Below are positions 50,366-59,439 of a stretch of DNA of 64,000 bases, piece by piece (position 1 is the first letter of the stretch; the number at the start of each line of letters is the position of its first letter). The stretch comes from Desulfuromonadaceae bacterium (GTDB lineage: Bacteria > Desulfobacterota > Desulfuromonadia > Geobacterales > Pseudopelobacteraceae). Below the pieces are notes generated by a model. That model made no database searches, was not told the origin of the DNA, and saw only the letters and a list, made by a program, of their open reading frames with translations. The translations under genes and the position numbers were made by a program. The DNA is taken from positions 29,003-93,002 of the forward strand of contig DALYIM010000001.1 in the NCBI GenBank assembly GCA_031970375.1, given 5' to 3'.

Positions 50366-50449
50366 TGTGTCGATTCTCCTGTCTATGTGCAGGGGCGAAT
50401 CACGAATTCGCCCTCTATTCGGGCGATCACAAAGGATCGCCTTTTCTGA

Positions 50450-51220
50450 TTACATTTCCAGCACCGCACTGGCCCGGTACTGGTCTCCTATGACGATCTG
50501 CGGGGCACAGACGTTCTGATCACGCAGAAAAGCTTCGGTAGTGCGAATAACATGGTCCGGATGGTTGTTGACTTCGGACAGATGGGCCATCACCAGAGCA
50601 TCAAGCCCGCCATGGGCAATCTCGTGAAGCAGCGCCAGAGACTCCTCATTGGAGAGATGGCCGTGACGCGATTTGATCCGCTGCTTCAGCTCCCAGGGGT
50701 AGGGTCCGTTCATCAGCATTTCGACATCATGATTAGCTTCCAGGACAAGCGCCCTGCAGCCGCGCAGCTTTTCGATCACCAGCCGGGTGACAATTCCGAG
50801 ATCCGTCACCGCAGCACAGCGCCCCTGGTGAGATTCAAGCAGATAGCCGACCGGGTCACAGGCATCATGGGTGATCGGAAACGGGTCAACCTGAAGGTCG
50901 CGGAACGGGAAACGGGTGCCGGCTTCAAAATCCTTCACCAAAGTTTTGCTGAAATATTTCGAGGCTTTTTGAACCGTCAGATGACTGGCGAAAACAGGGA
51001 CCTTATATCTACGGGCAAACGATCCGGCACTGCGGATGTGATCGATATGCTCATGGGTCACCAGCACCGCATGGATTCCTGCCGGATCGATACCACGAGC
51101 TTCCATTCTCGCGACCGTCTCCCGGAGCGACAGACCGGCATCGATCAGCAGGCGGGTATCTCCGGTCTCCAGATAGAGACAGTTACCTTTGCTGCCACTT
51201 GCCAGCGAGCAAATTTTCAC
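50450..51220 (-). CDS. MBL-fold metallo-hydrolase (YycJ-like)
   Basis: 256 aa. Contains SGSKGNC.Y.E and THEHIDH. The start is GTG, with a GGAGA RBS. Confidence 0.85.
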   Translation of the reverse strand: MKICSLASGSKGNCLYLETGDTRLLIDAGLSLRETVARMEARGIDPAGIHAVLVTHEHIDHIRSAGSFARRYKVPVFASHLTVQKASKYFSKTLVKDFEAGTRFPFRDLQVDPFPITHDACDPVGYLLESHQGRCAAVTDLGIVTRLVIEKLRGCRALVLEANHDVEMLMNGPYPWELKQRIKSRHGHLSNEESLALLHEIAHGGLDALVMAHLSEVNNHPDHVIRTTEAFLRDQNVCAPQIVIGDQYRASAVLEM

Positions 51221-51382
51221 AGGGTCTCCAAGTCAAGGCTTACGGTGGACACTTCCACCGGTTATAATGCAGTCGTTACGGCTGGTTATCTGTAAGCGCG
51301 GATGCGCAGATGCGGTTTGTATGCAAGCTTAATTTTATACTATGAACAGGGCAGAGGTTTCAAGGGTAATCATGGAGAGAAT

Positions 51383-52270
51383 TCAACCGCGGGGATGGAT
51401 CTGGCGATGCAGCTGTTTTAAGCGTTCACGGGTCACATGGGTGTAAATCTGGGTTGTTGAAAGATCGGCATGACCGAGCATGATCTGCACACTGCGGAGA
51501 TCGGCACCGTTTTCCAGAAGATGGGTGGCAAAGGAGTGGCGCAGGGTGTGGGGCGAGATCGATGTGGTGATTCCGGCCGTTCGAGCGCGTTTTTTGACGA
51601 TATTCCAGAACGCCTGCCGCGACATGGCTTCTCCCTGACGGGAAAGAAAGAGGAAGGGGACAATCCCCCCTGGATCACGATGCTTACGAACCGTTTCGCA
51701 GTAGCTCCTCACGCGATCACGGGCCGACTCACCGACCGGTATCAGCCGTTCCTTGTTGCCCTTGCCGAGGGTCAGCAGATAACCGGAATCAAGATTTATT
51801 TCACGGAGCCTGACCATAACCAGCTCCGAGACCCTCAGCCCGGTCGCATACAAAAGTTCTAGCATCGCCAGATCACGGACATCCTCGGGCCGCGGCCCCC
51901 GGCAGGCCGCCAGGAGTGAATCAACTTCTATCGCCGAAAGGAACCCGGGGAGTGTATGCAGGGTCCGGGGCGCCTCAATGATTGATGCGGGGTTATGAGT
52001 CGCATAACTTTCAACCAGCAAAAACCGGTGGAACATTCTGATCGCCGAAAGAGCCCGCCCCCGGCTGCGGGGTCCGAGTCCTTCTGACCGTATTTGTTCG
52101 AGATGTGATGCGATTAAAACCGGGGTGATAGCATCAGGAGTGGCACAGTCTTTTCGCTCCAGAAAAGCCAGATACCGTACGAGATCACGGCTGTAGGCCT
52201 GCTGGGTATTGCTCGACAAGCCTTTTTCGACTGTCAGGTATGTGAGAAACAGGTCGAGATACTCGTTCAC
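51383..52270 (-). CDS. xerD: Tyrosine recombinase XerD (chromosome dimer resolution)
   Basis: 295 aa. Contains YL.VEKGLS.NT..AY.RDL..Y, LRHSFATHLL and GHADLSTTQIYTHV. Confidence 0.88.
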   Translation of the reverse strand: MNEYLDLFLTYLTVEKGLSSNTQQAYSRDLVRYLAFLERKDCATPDAITPVLIASHLEQIRSEGLGPRSRGRALSAIRMFHRFLLVESYATHNPASIIEAPRTLHTLPGFLSAIEVDSLLAACRGPRPEDVRDLAMLELLYATGLRVSELVMVRLREINLDSGYLLTLGKGNKERLIPVGESARDRVRSYCETVRKHRDPGGIVPFLFLSRQGEAMSRQAFWNIVKKRARTAGITTSISPHTLRHSFATHLLENGADLRSVQIMLGHADLSTTQIYTHVTRERLKQLHRQIHPRG

Positions 52271-53952
52271 AGCTTGTTTTCCTGATTCTGGTCGTGGCCT
52301 GTCAATCCGAGCACCAGCGGCCGCCCCCCTGTCAGGCGACGGGATACACCTCGCGCCATCGGAGGTTCAGCCGTGCAGGCAGGCAGTAACAGTATTACCG
52401 TCGTCCCGTTCGGAATCGATGAAGAAATTGAGACCGTACCGCCATGCTTCGTCATGATCGCATTCACGGTGGCAAGACCAAGCCCCTGACCTTCGGGCTT
52501 GGTCGTAAAATAGGGATCAAAAACCCTTTTCAGGTCGTCCGGAGCAATACCGCACCCTGCATCTTTGATCTGTAGCCTGACATAGATGCCGGAAGGGAGT
52601 GCATAGTGATTGCCCGTATGAAGAATATCCGTGTCGGCAACGACACTGATGAGACCGCCATCGGGCATAGACTGGACGGCATTGATCAGAATATTGTTGA
52701 TTGACTGCAAAAGATAGCTTTCATCTGCCATCACCAGAGGCAGATCGTTATCAATATTGACTTCAACCCTGAACCGGGAGCTGGTGACACTTAACAAGAC
52801 AGCTTCCTGAACAATTTCTGAAACCGAGAGCGGCCGCATGACCGGATTGCCGCCCCTGGCAAACGTCAAAAGCTGGCGGGCCATTTCAGCAGCACGTTTG
52901 GTAGCATTTTCTGCGTGTTTGAGTGCAGACTGGGCTGCCGGCTGACATTCCAGCTGTTTTACGGCATATGATATGTATCCGAGAACACCGGTCAATACAT
53001 TGTTGAAGTTATGGGCAATTCCGCTGGCAAGAACACCCAATGACTCAAACTTCTGGATTTTAATCATCTCATTTTGCATCTGCTCCAGTTCTTTGAATTG
53101 CTGAATAAGCCGCCGGTTTGCTTCTTCAAGTTCTAGTGTTCGCTCGGAAACCATCTTCTCAAGTAGCAAATTGCTCAGTTCCAGTTGTTCATCGCGCTGC
53201 CTGATCTGTGTGACCATGGCGTTAAAACTGGCCGCAAGCCGGGCAATTTCGTCGATTCGCTGTTTTTCATCTATCCGGATGCCGTATTCCGGTGCCTTTG
53301 AAATCCTTTGTGCCATCGCCGTAAGCTCAAGAATTGGCCCGGTCACCAGTTTCTGACGCTTATTGATAACGATTCTACCGATCAGGTGGGCTGCAACAAA
53401 AACAACCATGCAAAGCACAATACTCTGCATAATCCCATCATAGACACTGTTGAAGTTATACTTTATGAGCAGGCGGCCCAGATATAATGCCTGGGTTGCA
53501 TCAGAGTGAAAAATTTGACGGTGAGATTCCAGCTTTAGAAAGTCGAAATTTGTCCCGATATATTCCGAATGTTCCTTCAGCGGATCATAGGTGACGCCAT
53601 CACGGCGATGAAACGCAAACAAATGCCCTTTCGAATCAAATACAGCAGCGACATCAATGGAAGGGTTGTACTGCAGTGAGCTGAGGAATGCCTGTGCGGC
53701 AGCCACATCATTAAACGCAAGAGCATCTTCAATGTTTCTGCTGATGATCGCGCTGGTGGCAGCCCCGTCAGTGGCAAAGCGGTAACGGAACCGGGATATT
53801 TCATAGGCAAAAACCAGCACCAGAACGATCATCAGCGATACTGTCATCGCCAGTGCATAGGTTCGGGTAATCTGATCGGCAAGGGTCAGCGGTTTTTCTT
53901 GAGCACTCATCATAAGAGACCGGGGTCGCCACAGCTCAGACCCATTCGTCAA
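52267..53952 (-). CDS. Membrane sensor histidine kinase (periplasmic sensor - HAMP - HisKA - HATPase)
   Basis: 561 aa. Two TM segments flank a sensor domain of about 150 aa (tentatively CHASE8-like), followed by HAMP, the H-box SGIAHNFNNVL, and N/G boxes NAVQSM, DAGCGI and GQGLGLA. The start could be M14/M15. Confidence 0.85.
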   Translation of the reverse strand: MTNGSELWRPRSLMMSAQEKPLTLADQITRTYALAMTVSLMIVLVLVFAYEISRFRYRFATDGAATSAIISRNIEDALAFNDVAAAQAFLSSLQYNPSIDVAAVFDSKGHLFAFHRRDGVTYDPLKEHSEYIGTNFDFLKLESHRQIFHSDATQALYLGRLLIKYNFNSVYDGIMQSIVLCMVVFVAAHLIGRIVINKRQKLVTGPILELTAMAQRISKAPEYGIRIDEKQRIDEIARLAASFNAMVTQIRQRDEQLELSNLLLEKMVSERTLELEEANRRLIQQFKELEQMQNEMIKIQKFESLGVLASGIAHNFNNVLTGVLGYISYAVKQLECQPAAQSALKHAENATKRAAEMARQLLTFARGGNPVMRPLSVSEIVQEAVLLSVTSSRFRVEVNIDNDLPLVMADESYLLQSINNILINAVQSMPDGGLISVVADTDILHTGNHYALPSGIYVRLQIKDAGCGIAPDDLKRVFDPYFTTKPEGQGLGLATVNAIMTKHGGTVSISSSIPNGTTVILLLPACTAEPPMARGVSRRLTGGRPLVLGLTGHDQNQENKL

Positions 53953-56647
53953 TTGCCTGTATCAGAAAACATCTGATCTCGTTCAATTTTTCTTCCCGTG
54001 TTATTTTCTGGCCAAAAATATCGCGGACATAAAAAACATCGGCCACCTGATCGACTTTCGTGGAAATCTTTGAGACACCGATGTAGAGGCCAAGGTCGGT
54101 CAAAGTGCTGGTGATAAGATACAAAAGACCGACTTTATCGTGGGCATAGATATCAATCACCGTATAATCTTCGGAGACGTCATTGTCAACCTCAACCCGG
54201 GTGGCAAAATGCGGAGCGGGACGGGTCGTGAGCAGAGTCGGCCGCTGGCGCTTGGCAACCAGATCGGCCACATCAACCTCCCCATGGAGCACACGGCGCA
54301 TATCGTCCTGTACTTTCTGCCAGCGCAGTTCGTCGGTAATCAGGATCCCCTGGGGTGAATTGACCTGAAGAATGTCGAGCACCTTGCCGTTGCGACTGGT
54401 GTTGATCTGGGCCCCGAGGATATTGACGCCGTTTGCCGCCATCACCCCGGTTATGCGCGAGAAAAGCCCCGGCATGTCAAAAGCGCAGATGGTAAATTCC
54501 GAATAGCCGCCATCGGGCTGGTGCTGGAGCTGCATCAGTATACCGGACTGTTCCAGCCCCAAAAGAAGCCTGGCCTGGCCGGCGATCAGCTCCGGCGTGC
54601 CGGAGAGCAGGAGCCGCACCGGCATTGCCCGCAGTTCATCCCTGACCAATCCAGCAGAAAATTCATCTTCAAGCCGTGCAACAACCTTTTTAATAGCAGC
54701 CTTAACCCTGTCACTGCTGGCTTCCTGCTGAAACTCACCACGCTCAATAATGTTGAACGTTTTTTCATACAGTTCCTGAAACAGTGATGCCTTCCAGGTG
54801 CTCCAGACATCGGATCCGACCGCCCTCACATCCGCCACTGTCAACAGAAAAAGCATCTTCAGATTTTCACTGGTTTCCATCAGCTGCGCAAACTGTGTGA
54901 TCATCTTTTCGTCATTCAAATCACGCCGCTGGGAAATATGGGCAAAGGCCAGGTGTTGCCGGACCAGGAACTCCAGACGTTCGCTGTCTTCCCGCGACAG
55001 GCCCATCCGCCGGGCAATGGTCGGGATCATGGCGGCACCTTTTTCGGCATGCCCGCCCCCCTCGCCTTTACCAATGTCATGGAACAGAACCGCCAACAGA
55101 AGGAGTTCCGGCTTTCCGATCTGCGCAGCAATCTGCACAGGAAACGGAAGCTGCTGGCGGCACTGGCCGTTCAGCATTTTTTCTGCCTCTTCAACGGCGA
55201 ACAGGGTGTGAATATCCACGGTGTAGATATGATAGAGGTCATGCTGAACCTTGCAGTAGATATGCTCCAGCTCGGGAATGAACCGGTTGAGAAATTCCAG
55301 GTGATGCATCAGGCGCAAGGTTGCGGTGACATCCTTCGGAGAGCGGAGAATATCCATGAAGGATTGGTTGACTTCGCGGTTGCGGCGAAACTTGTCATTC
55401 ACCAGATGAAGGTTTTTCCTGACGACACCCTTGACTCTGATGTTAAGTGCCACTCCATGCTTCTGGGCATGCTCGAAGATTTTCATCAGGACCGCAGGGT
55501 TCGACTGGACGATGCTTTCATCAGGCATGATCAGCTCGCCCTTGAGCACATAACAGCCGTCGCCGACCGGGCGACGGACGAAGTAGCCAAGGATCTTCAG
55601 GGCACCTTCGTCCCGCCATACGCAGCGCGACACCAGACTGGAAGCAAGGTGCTCCACCTTGTTGGCATGGCGGTAATAGTCACGCATGAAATCCTCAACG
55701 GCAAGTACCCTGCCGCGGTCACGGTATCCCATGAAGGCTGCAAGGTGCACCTGGGCATCAAAGGTCAGCTGATCGTTCTTGCGGCCGTTGAACCAGTGCA
55801 GTTCATTGCGGATCCGCCACAGGTAGTCGAGTGCGGAATCATAGGTTTCAAGCTCCTCGTCGGTTATGATCCCTTTGATGATCAGTTCGCGCGGATCACG
55901 GAACTTGTATTTTACCTTGGCAACCCACATGGCGGTCTGGAGATCGCGCAGCCCCCCCTCCCCCTCTTTCAGGTTCGGCTCCAGAAGATAGACCGTGGAC
56001 CCGTATTTCTCTCTCCGGCCCTTCATGTCAGCTATCTTCTGCTTGATGAAACTGTCGCTGGACTTGGGAAGAATCTGGTTGTAGATGACCTTCGCGAGGG
56101 CCTCAAACAGCTGTCTGCTGCCATGGAGATAGCGGGCATCGATCAGCGCCGTCTTGACCGTGGCGTCAGCCGAGGCCATCTCGATACAGTCGGCAATGAC
56201 CCTGACCGAATAGCCCACATCAAGACGCATATCCCACAGGAAATAGAGCAGCTTCTGGGCGATGTCCTCCACTTTGGCGGCCGGGAGCGAACCATCATGA
56301 AGGAACATGATGTCGATGTCGGAGAATGGGTTGAGTTCCCCGCGGCCATAGCCGCCGACCGCCACCAGGGTGATGTTGTCCATCAGGCGGCCGCTTCCGT
56401 CCAGATCATAAATGATGCAGTGAAGCAGCTTGTTGACCAGTTCATCGGTCATGTCGCAGAGCAGATGAGCAATCTCGGAACCGGAGGTGCCCTCGTTATG
56501 AAGCGCCCTGATCTCACCGCGATAATGGGCCATGAAGTTCTTGCAGCCGGAGAAATAGAGCGGGCGTTTCTCGTCAAAGCCGGCCATGCCCGAATCGCCG
56601 ACCGCATTGATATCATCAGGGAAATACTGATCTATGAAAAATTGCAT
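53936..56647 (-). CDS. glnD: [Protein-PII] uridylyltransferase/uridylyl-removing enzyme
   Basis: Trimmed to ATG 56647 (GGAGGA RBS). NTase motif GGYGRGELNPFSDIDIMFL, HD domain LFHDIGKG, and two C-terminal ACT-like domains. Confidence 0.9.
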   Translation of the reverse strand: MQFFIDQYFPDDINAVGDSGMAGFDEKRPLYFSGCKNFMAHYRGEIRALHNEGTSGSEIAHLLCDMTDELVNKLLHCIIYDLDGSGRLMDNITLVAVGGYGRGELNPFSDIDIMFLHDGSLPAAKVEDIAQKLLYFLWDMRLDVGYSVRVIADCIEMASADATVKTALIDARYLHGSRQLFEALAKVIYNQILPKSSDSFIKQKIADMKGRREKYGSTVYLLEPNLKEGEGGLRDLQTAMWVAKVKYKFRDPRELIIKGIITDEELETYDSALDYLWRIRNELHWFNGRKNDQLTFDAQVHLAAFMGYRDRGRVLAVEDFMRDYYRHANKVEHLASSLVSRCVWRDEGALKILGYFVRRPVGDGCYVLKGELIMPDESIVQSNPAVLMKIFEHAQKHGVALNIRVKGVVRKNLHLVNDKFRRNREVNQSFMDILRSPKDVTATLRLMHHLEFLNRFIPELEHIYCKVQHDLYHIYTVDIHTLFAVEEAEKMLNGQCRQQLPFPVQIAAQIGKPELLLLAVLFHDIGKGEGGGHAEKGAAMIPTIARRMGLSREDSERLEFLVRQHLAFAHISQRRDLNDEKMITQFAQLMETSENLKMLFLLTVADVRAVGSDVWSTWKASLFQELYEKTFNIIERGEFQQEASSDRVKAAIKKVVARLEDEFSAGLVRDELRAMPVRLLLSGTPELIAGQARLLLGLEQSGILMQLQHQPDGGYSEFTICAFDMPGLFSRITGVMAANGVNILGAQINTSRNGKVLDILQVNSPQGILITDELRWQKVQDDMRRVLHGEVDVADLVAKRQRPTLLTTRPAPHFATRVEVDNDVSEDYTVIDIYAHDKVGLLYLITSTLTDLGLYIGVSKISTKVDQVADVFYVRDIFGQKITREEKLNEIRCFLIQAIDEWV

Positions 56648-56685
56648 GGGCCCTGTCCTCCGGAATCTGCGAACAAACCAGAATA

Positions 56686-56719
56686 ACACTACAAACACAA
56701 ACGGCGGGAAACCCCGCCG
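56686..56719 (-). terminator. Intrinsic terminator of hisS
   Basis: The minus strand reads CGGCGGG-gttt-CCCGCCG followed by TTTGTGTTTGT, about 10 nt after the hisS stop. Confidence 0.6.
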
Positions 56720-56728
56720 CCGGTGATG

Positions 56729-57973
56729 CTACCGCAGAAGCAGACGTATCCGCTCGGCAGAGAGCGGTGCTTCGATCGTCGAGCCGTCATCCATCCTTTT
56801 AAAAATCGCGTGGCCGCTTTCAAGCTCAGCAGCGCCGATCACGACACTGAAACGGGCACCCAGTTTATCGGCCCGGCGCATCTGGCTTTTCAGGCTTTTT
56901 CCTTCATAATCCATCTCGACGTGAACCCCGGAAGCGGCAAGCTCATTCATCAGCCGGAAAGCCGCATCACGCTCGCAAGCCCCCATGGTTGCCATGAACA
57001 GGTCAGGTCGGGATGAATAATCCTGTTCCTTCAGCAGCAGGGCCACCCGTTCAACGCCCATGGCAAATCCGATACCGGGAATCGAAGGCCCCCCCAGTTG
57101 CGAGATCAGGCCGTCATAACGCCCACCGGCGGCAACTGCCGATTGGGAGCCGAGCAGAGATGTCACCACCTCAAAGGTAGTACGGGTGTAATAATCCAGG
57201 CCGCGGACCATCCGGCAGTTGACCGAATATGGCGTTGCCGATATTTCGAGGTAGCGTCGGACATGGCCAAAATGATCAGCACAACCGGCGCAGAGGTGGT
57301 CAAGCACCGAAGGGGCGCCGCGAGTCGATTCGATGCAGCCGGGCACTTTGCAGTCCAGAATCCGGAGTGGATTGCTGTCAAGCCGGCGGCAGCAGTCGTC
57401 ACACAGCACGCCGGTCCTGTGCCGCAGGAAGTCAACCAGGGTTGAGCGATAGGCCGGACGACAGTCGGGGCAGCCGAGCGAATTGACTTCCAGACGCGGC
57501 TCATCAAGCCCGATCTCACGAAAAAAACCGACCAGCATGGTCAGAATCTGGGCGTCGGCCAAGGGATCATGAACACCGGTCATTTCAGCGCCGATCTGAT
57601 GAAACTGCCGGTATCGCCCTTTCTGGGGCCGTTCATAGCGAAACATCGGGCCAAGGTAATACAGTCGGGCGACAGGATCCTGGGCATAGAGCTTATGCTC
57701 GATCAGGGCGCGCATGACACTGGCAGTCCCTTCAGGCCGCAAGGTTACGTTTGTCCCCCCCCTGTCAGTGAATGAATACATTTCTTTTTCGACGATATCG
57801 GTTGCATCACCGATTGAACGGCAAAACAGCTCGGTTTTTTCCATGACAGGAACGCGTATTTCCGAGAAACCGTAGCGTTCAAACACACGTCTGGCGGCCG
57901 CCTCGATATAGTGCCAGCGTGATGATTCGCCCGGCAGAATATCGTTACATCCCTTTATTGCCGTGATGGCCAT
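56729..57973 (-). CDS. hisS: Histidine--tRNA ligase
   Basis: 414 aa. Contains LRPEGTASVMR, FRYERPQKGRYRQFHQ and AAGGRYDGL. Confidence 0.95.
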   Translation of the reverse strand: MAITAIKGCNDILPGESSRWHYIEAAARRVFERYGFSEIRVPVMEKTELFCRSIGDATDIVEKEMYSFTDRGGTNVTLRPEGTASVMRALIEHKLYAQDPVARLYYLGPMFRYERPQKGRYRQFHQIGAEMTGVHDPLADAQILTMLVGFFREIGLDEPRLEVNSLGCPDCRPAYRSTLVDFLRHRTGVLCDDCCRRLDSNPLRILDCKVPGCIESTRGAPSVLDHLCAGCADHFGHVRRYLEISATPYSVNCRMVRGLDYYTRTTFEVVTSLLGSQSAVAAGGRYDGLISQLGGPSIPGIGFAMGVERVALLLKEQDYSSRPDLFMATMGACERDAAFRLMNELAASGVHVEMDYEGKSLKSQMRRADKLGARFSVVIGAAELESGHAIFKRMDDGSTIEAPLSAERIRLLLR

Positions 57974-58006
57974 TACGTCTCCTTGCGTTAAAAAATCAAA
58001 ACGGCA

Positions 58007-59380
58007 TCAGACGCCGTTAAAGCGGCTGACACAGTTTTTGCCGCTGGTTTTACCGACATACATGGCCTTGTCCGCCATATCAAGCAGCTCCTGCTTGCTG
58101 ACCGTATCATCGGGGCAGCAGGCATACCCGATACTGCAGGTCAGCCTGATCTGATACCCATCGTGCTCCAGAAAGACGTGGTCCTCGACCTGACTGCGGA
58201 TACGTTCTGCCACCAGCCATGCAGTTTCGCAGGTCGTCTCCACCAGAATGATCGTGTACTCGTCACCACCGTAGCGGATGACCACATCAACCTCACGGAC
58301 CGATTTTTTCAGGAGTGCCCCCATCTCCTTCAGTACGCTGCTGCCGATCAGATGCCCGTAAGTGTCATTAACCTGCTTAAACGAGTCGACATCAAGAAAA
58401 AGGACTGCAAGGTGCGAGGCATAGCGCTCCGCCCGTTTCAGCTCACGGTCGAGGGCCACTTCCAGATAGCGGTGGTTGAACAGCCCGGAAAGATCGTCGA
58501 TAAACAGCATATCACGGGCATGCGAAAAGCTTTCGGCATTTTCAAAAGCCCGGGACGACTGCTCCAGGAGAAACCCCAGATTTTTTTTGTGGGGCTGAAT
58601 GCCGGGAAGCGGTTTATCACCATCGTTAAACACGGCAATGACCCCGTGCAGAATATCCTTGACACGGATATGTATCAGGCAGGCTTCCCTGATATCCTGG
58701 GGCCCGGTAACGCCTCCGGAATGATCGGCAATAGTGATTTTTGCAAACATGCGTGGAGATTCCGTCTGACCGGCAAGTGATGCCAGGACCGCATCACGGC
58801 AACGCTCGATCTGCCCGGTGCTCAACCCCTTTGACTCTTTCAGGGTCAGCTGGCCGTCAGACAGAAAAAACCCCATGACCCGTCTGGCCCCCATTTCGCG
58901 GGCCACAGCATCGGTCATAAGGTGATAGACCCGATCAAGCTCAAGGCAGCCGGCAATTGCCTGACAGGACTGAAAAAGGCTGAGCATATGCTTAAGCTCG
59001 TCGTTTTCGTCCAAAAGGCGCCGACGCTGCATACACTGCGCCACCGAGTGGCGGAATTCGTCGGGATTGACCGGCTTGATCAGGTAGTCACGGGCACCGT
59101 TTTTCAGGGCGAAAATAGCCGACTCCAGGTTTGCGTTGCCGGTCACCATGATCACGTCGGTACCGGGGTCGGCCGCCCGGACGCTGGAAAGGATTTCCAT
59201 CCCCCCCACATCCGGCATGATCAGATCGGTAACCACCAGACCGTAACTGCCTGTGGCAAGCATCTGTAGACCTTCCACGCCACCGGAGGCACAATCCACC
59301 TGGTATCCTTCTGCTTTGAGAAGGCCGGCAAACATTTCCCGGAAAAACAGGTCATCCTCAACGATCAGTATTCTGTCCAT
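58007..59380 (-). CDS. Response regulator - GAF-like - GGDEF diguanylate cyclase
   Basis: Trimmed to ATG 59380 (MDRILIVEDD). Receiver Asp context LVVTDLIMPDVGG and the GGDEF active site RYGGDEYTIIL. Confidence 0.85.
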   Translation of the reverse strand: MDRILIVEDDLFFREMFAGLLKAEGYQVDCASGGVEGLQMLATGSYGLVVTDLIMPDVGGMEILSSVRAADPGTDVIMVTGNANLESAIFALKNGARDYLIKPVNPDEFRHSVAQCMQRRRLLDENDELKHMLSLFQSCQAIAGCLELDRVYHLMTDAVAREMGARRVMGFFLSDGQLTLKESKGLSTGQIERCRDAVLASLAGQTESPRMFAKITIADHSGGVTGPQDIREACLIHIRVKDILHGVIAVFNDGDKPLPGIQPHKKNLGFLLEQSSRAFENAESFSHARDMLFIDDLSGLFNHRYLEVALDRELKRAERYASHLAVLFLDVDSFKQVNDTYGHLIGSSVLKEMGALLKKSVREVDVVIRYGGDEYTIILVETTCETAWLVAERIRSQVEDHVFLEHDGYQIRLTCSIGYACCPDDTVSKQELLDMADKAMYVGKTSGKNCVSRFNGV

Positions 59381-59439
59381 TTCACGATTCCCTGATAAAT
59401 TAGGTAGTGTTTCTATGTACTCCAAGTGGACAAGCCGTG

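Noticed and set aside
51383-52270. Tyrosine recombinase as a marker of a mobile element or integron
   Set aside because: It has a XerD-type N-terminus and catalytic motifs and is embedded in an overlapping housekeeping operon. There are no flanking repeats, tRNA target, phage genes or IS genes.
54938-56686. 582-aa + strand ORF antisense to glnD
   Set aside because: It is a shadow ORF. The glnD frame carries NTase, HD and ACT motifs, while the antisense product has only low-information composition.
57755-57762. Homopolymer tracts as phase-variation switches: C8/G8 inside hisS, plus T8/A8 inside the GGDEF gene at 58581..58588
   Set aside because: One is in an essential gene and both are of modest length. 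They encode Gly-Gly/Lys-Lys in frame. There is no evidence of contingency-locus context.
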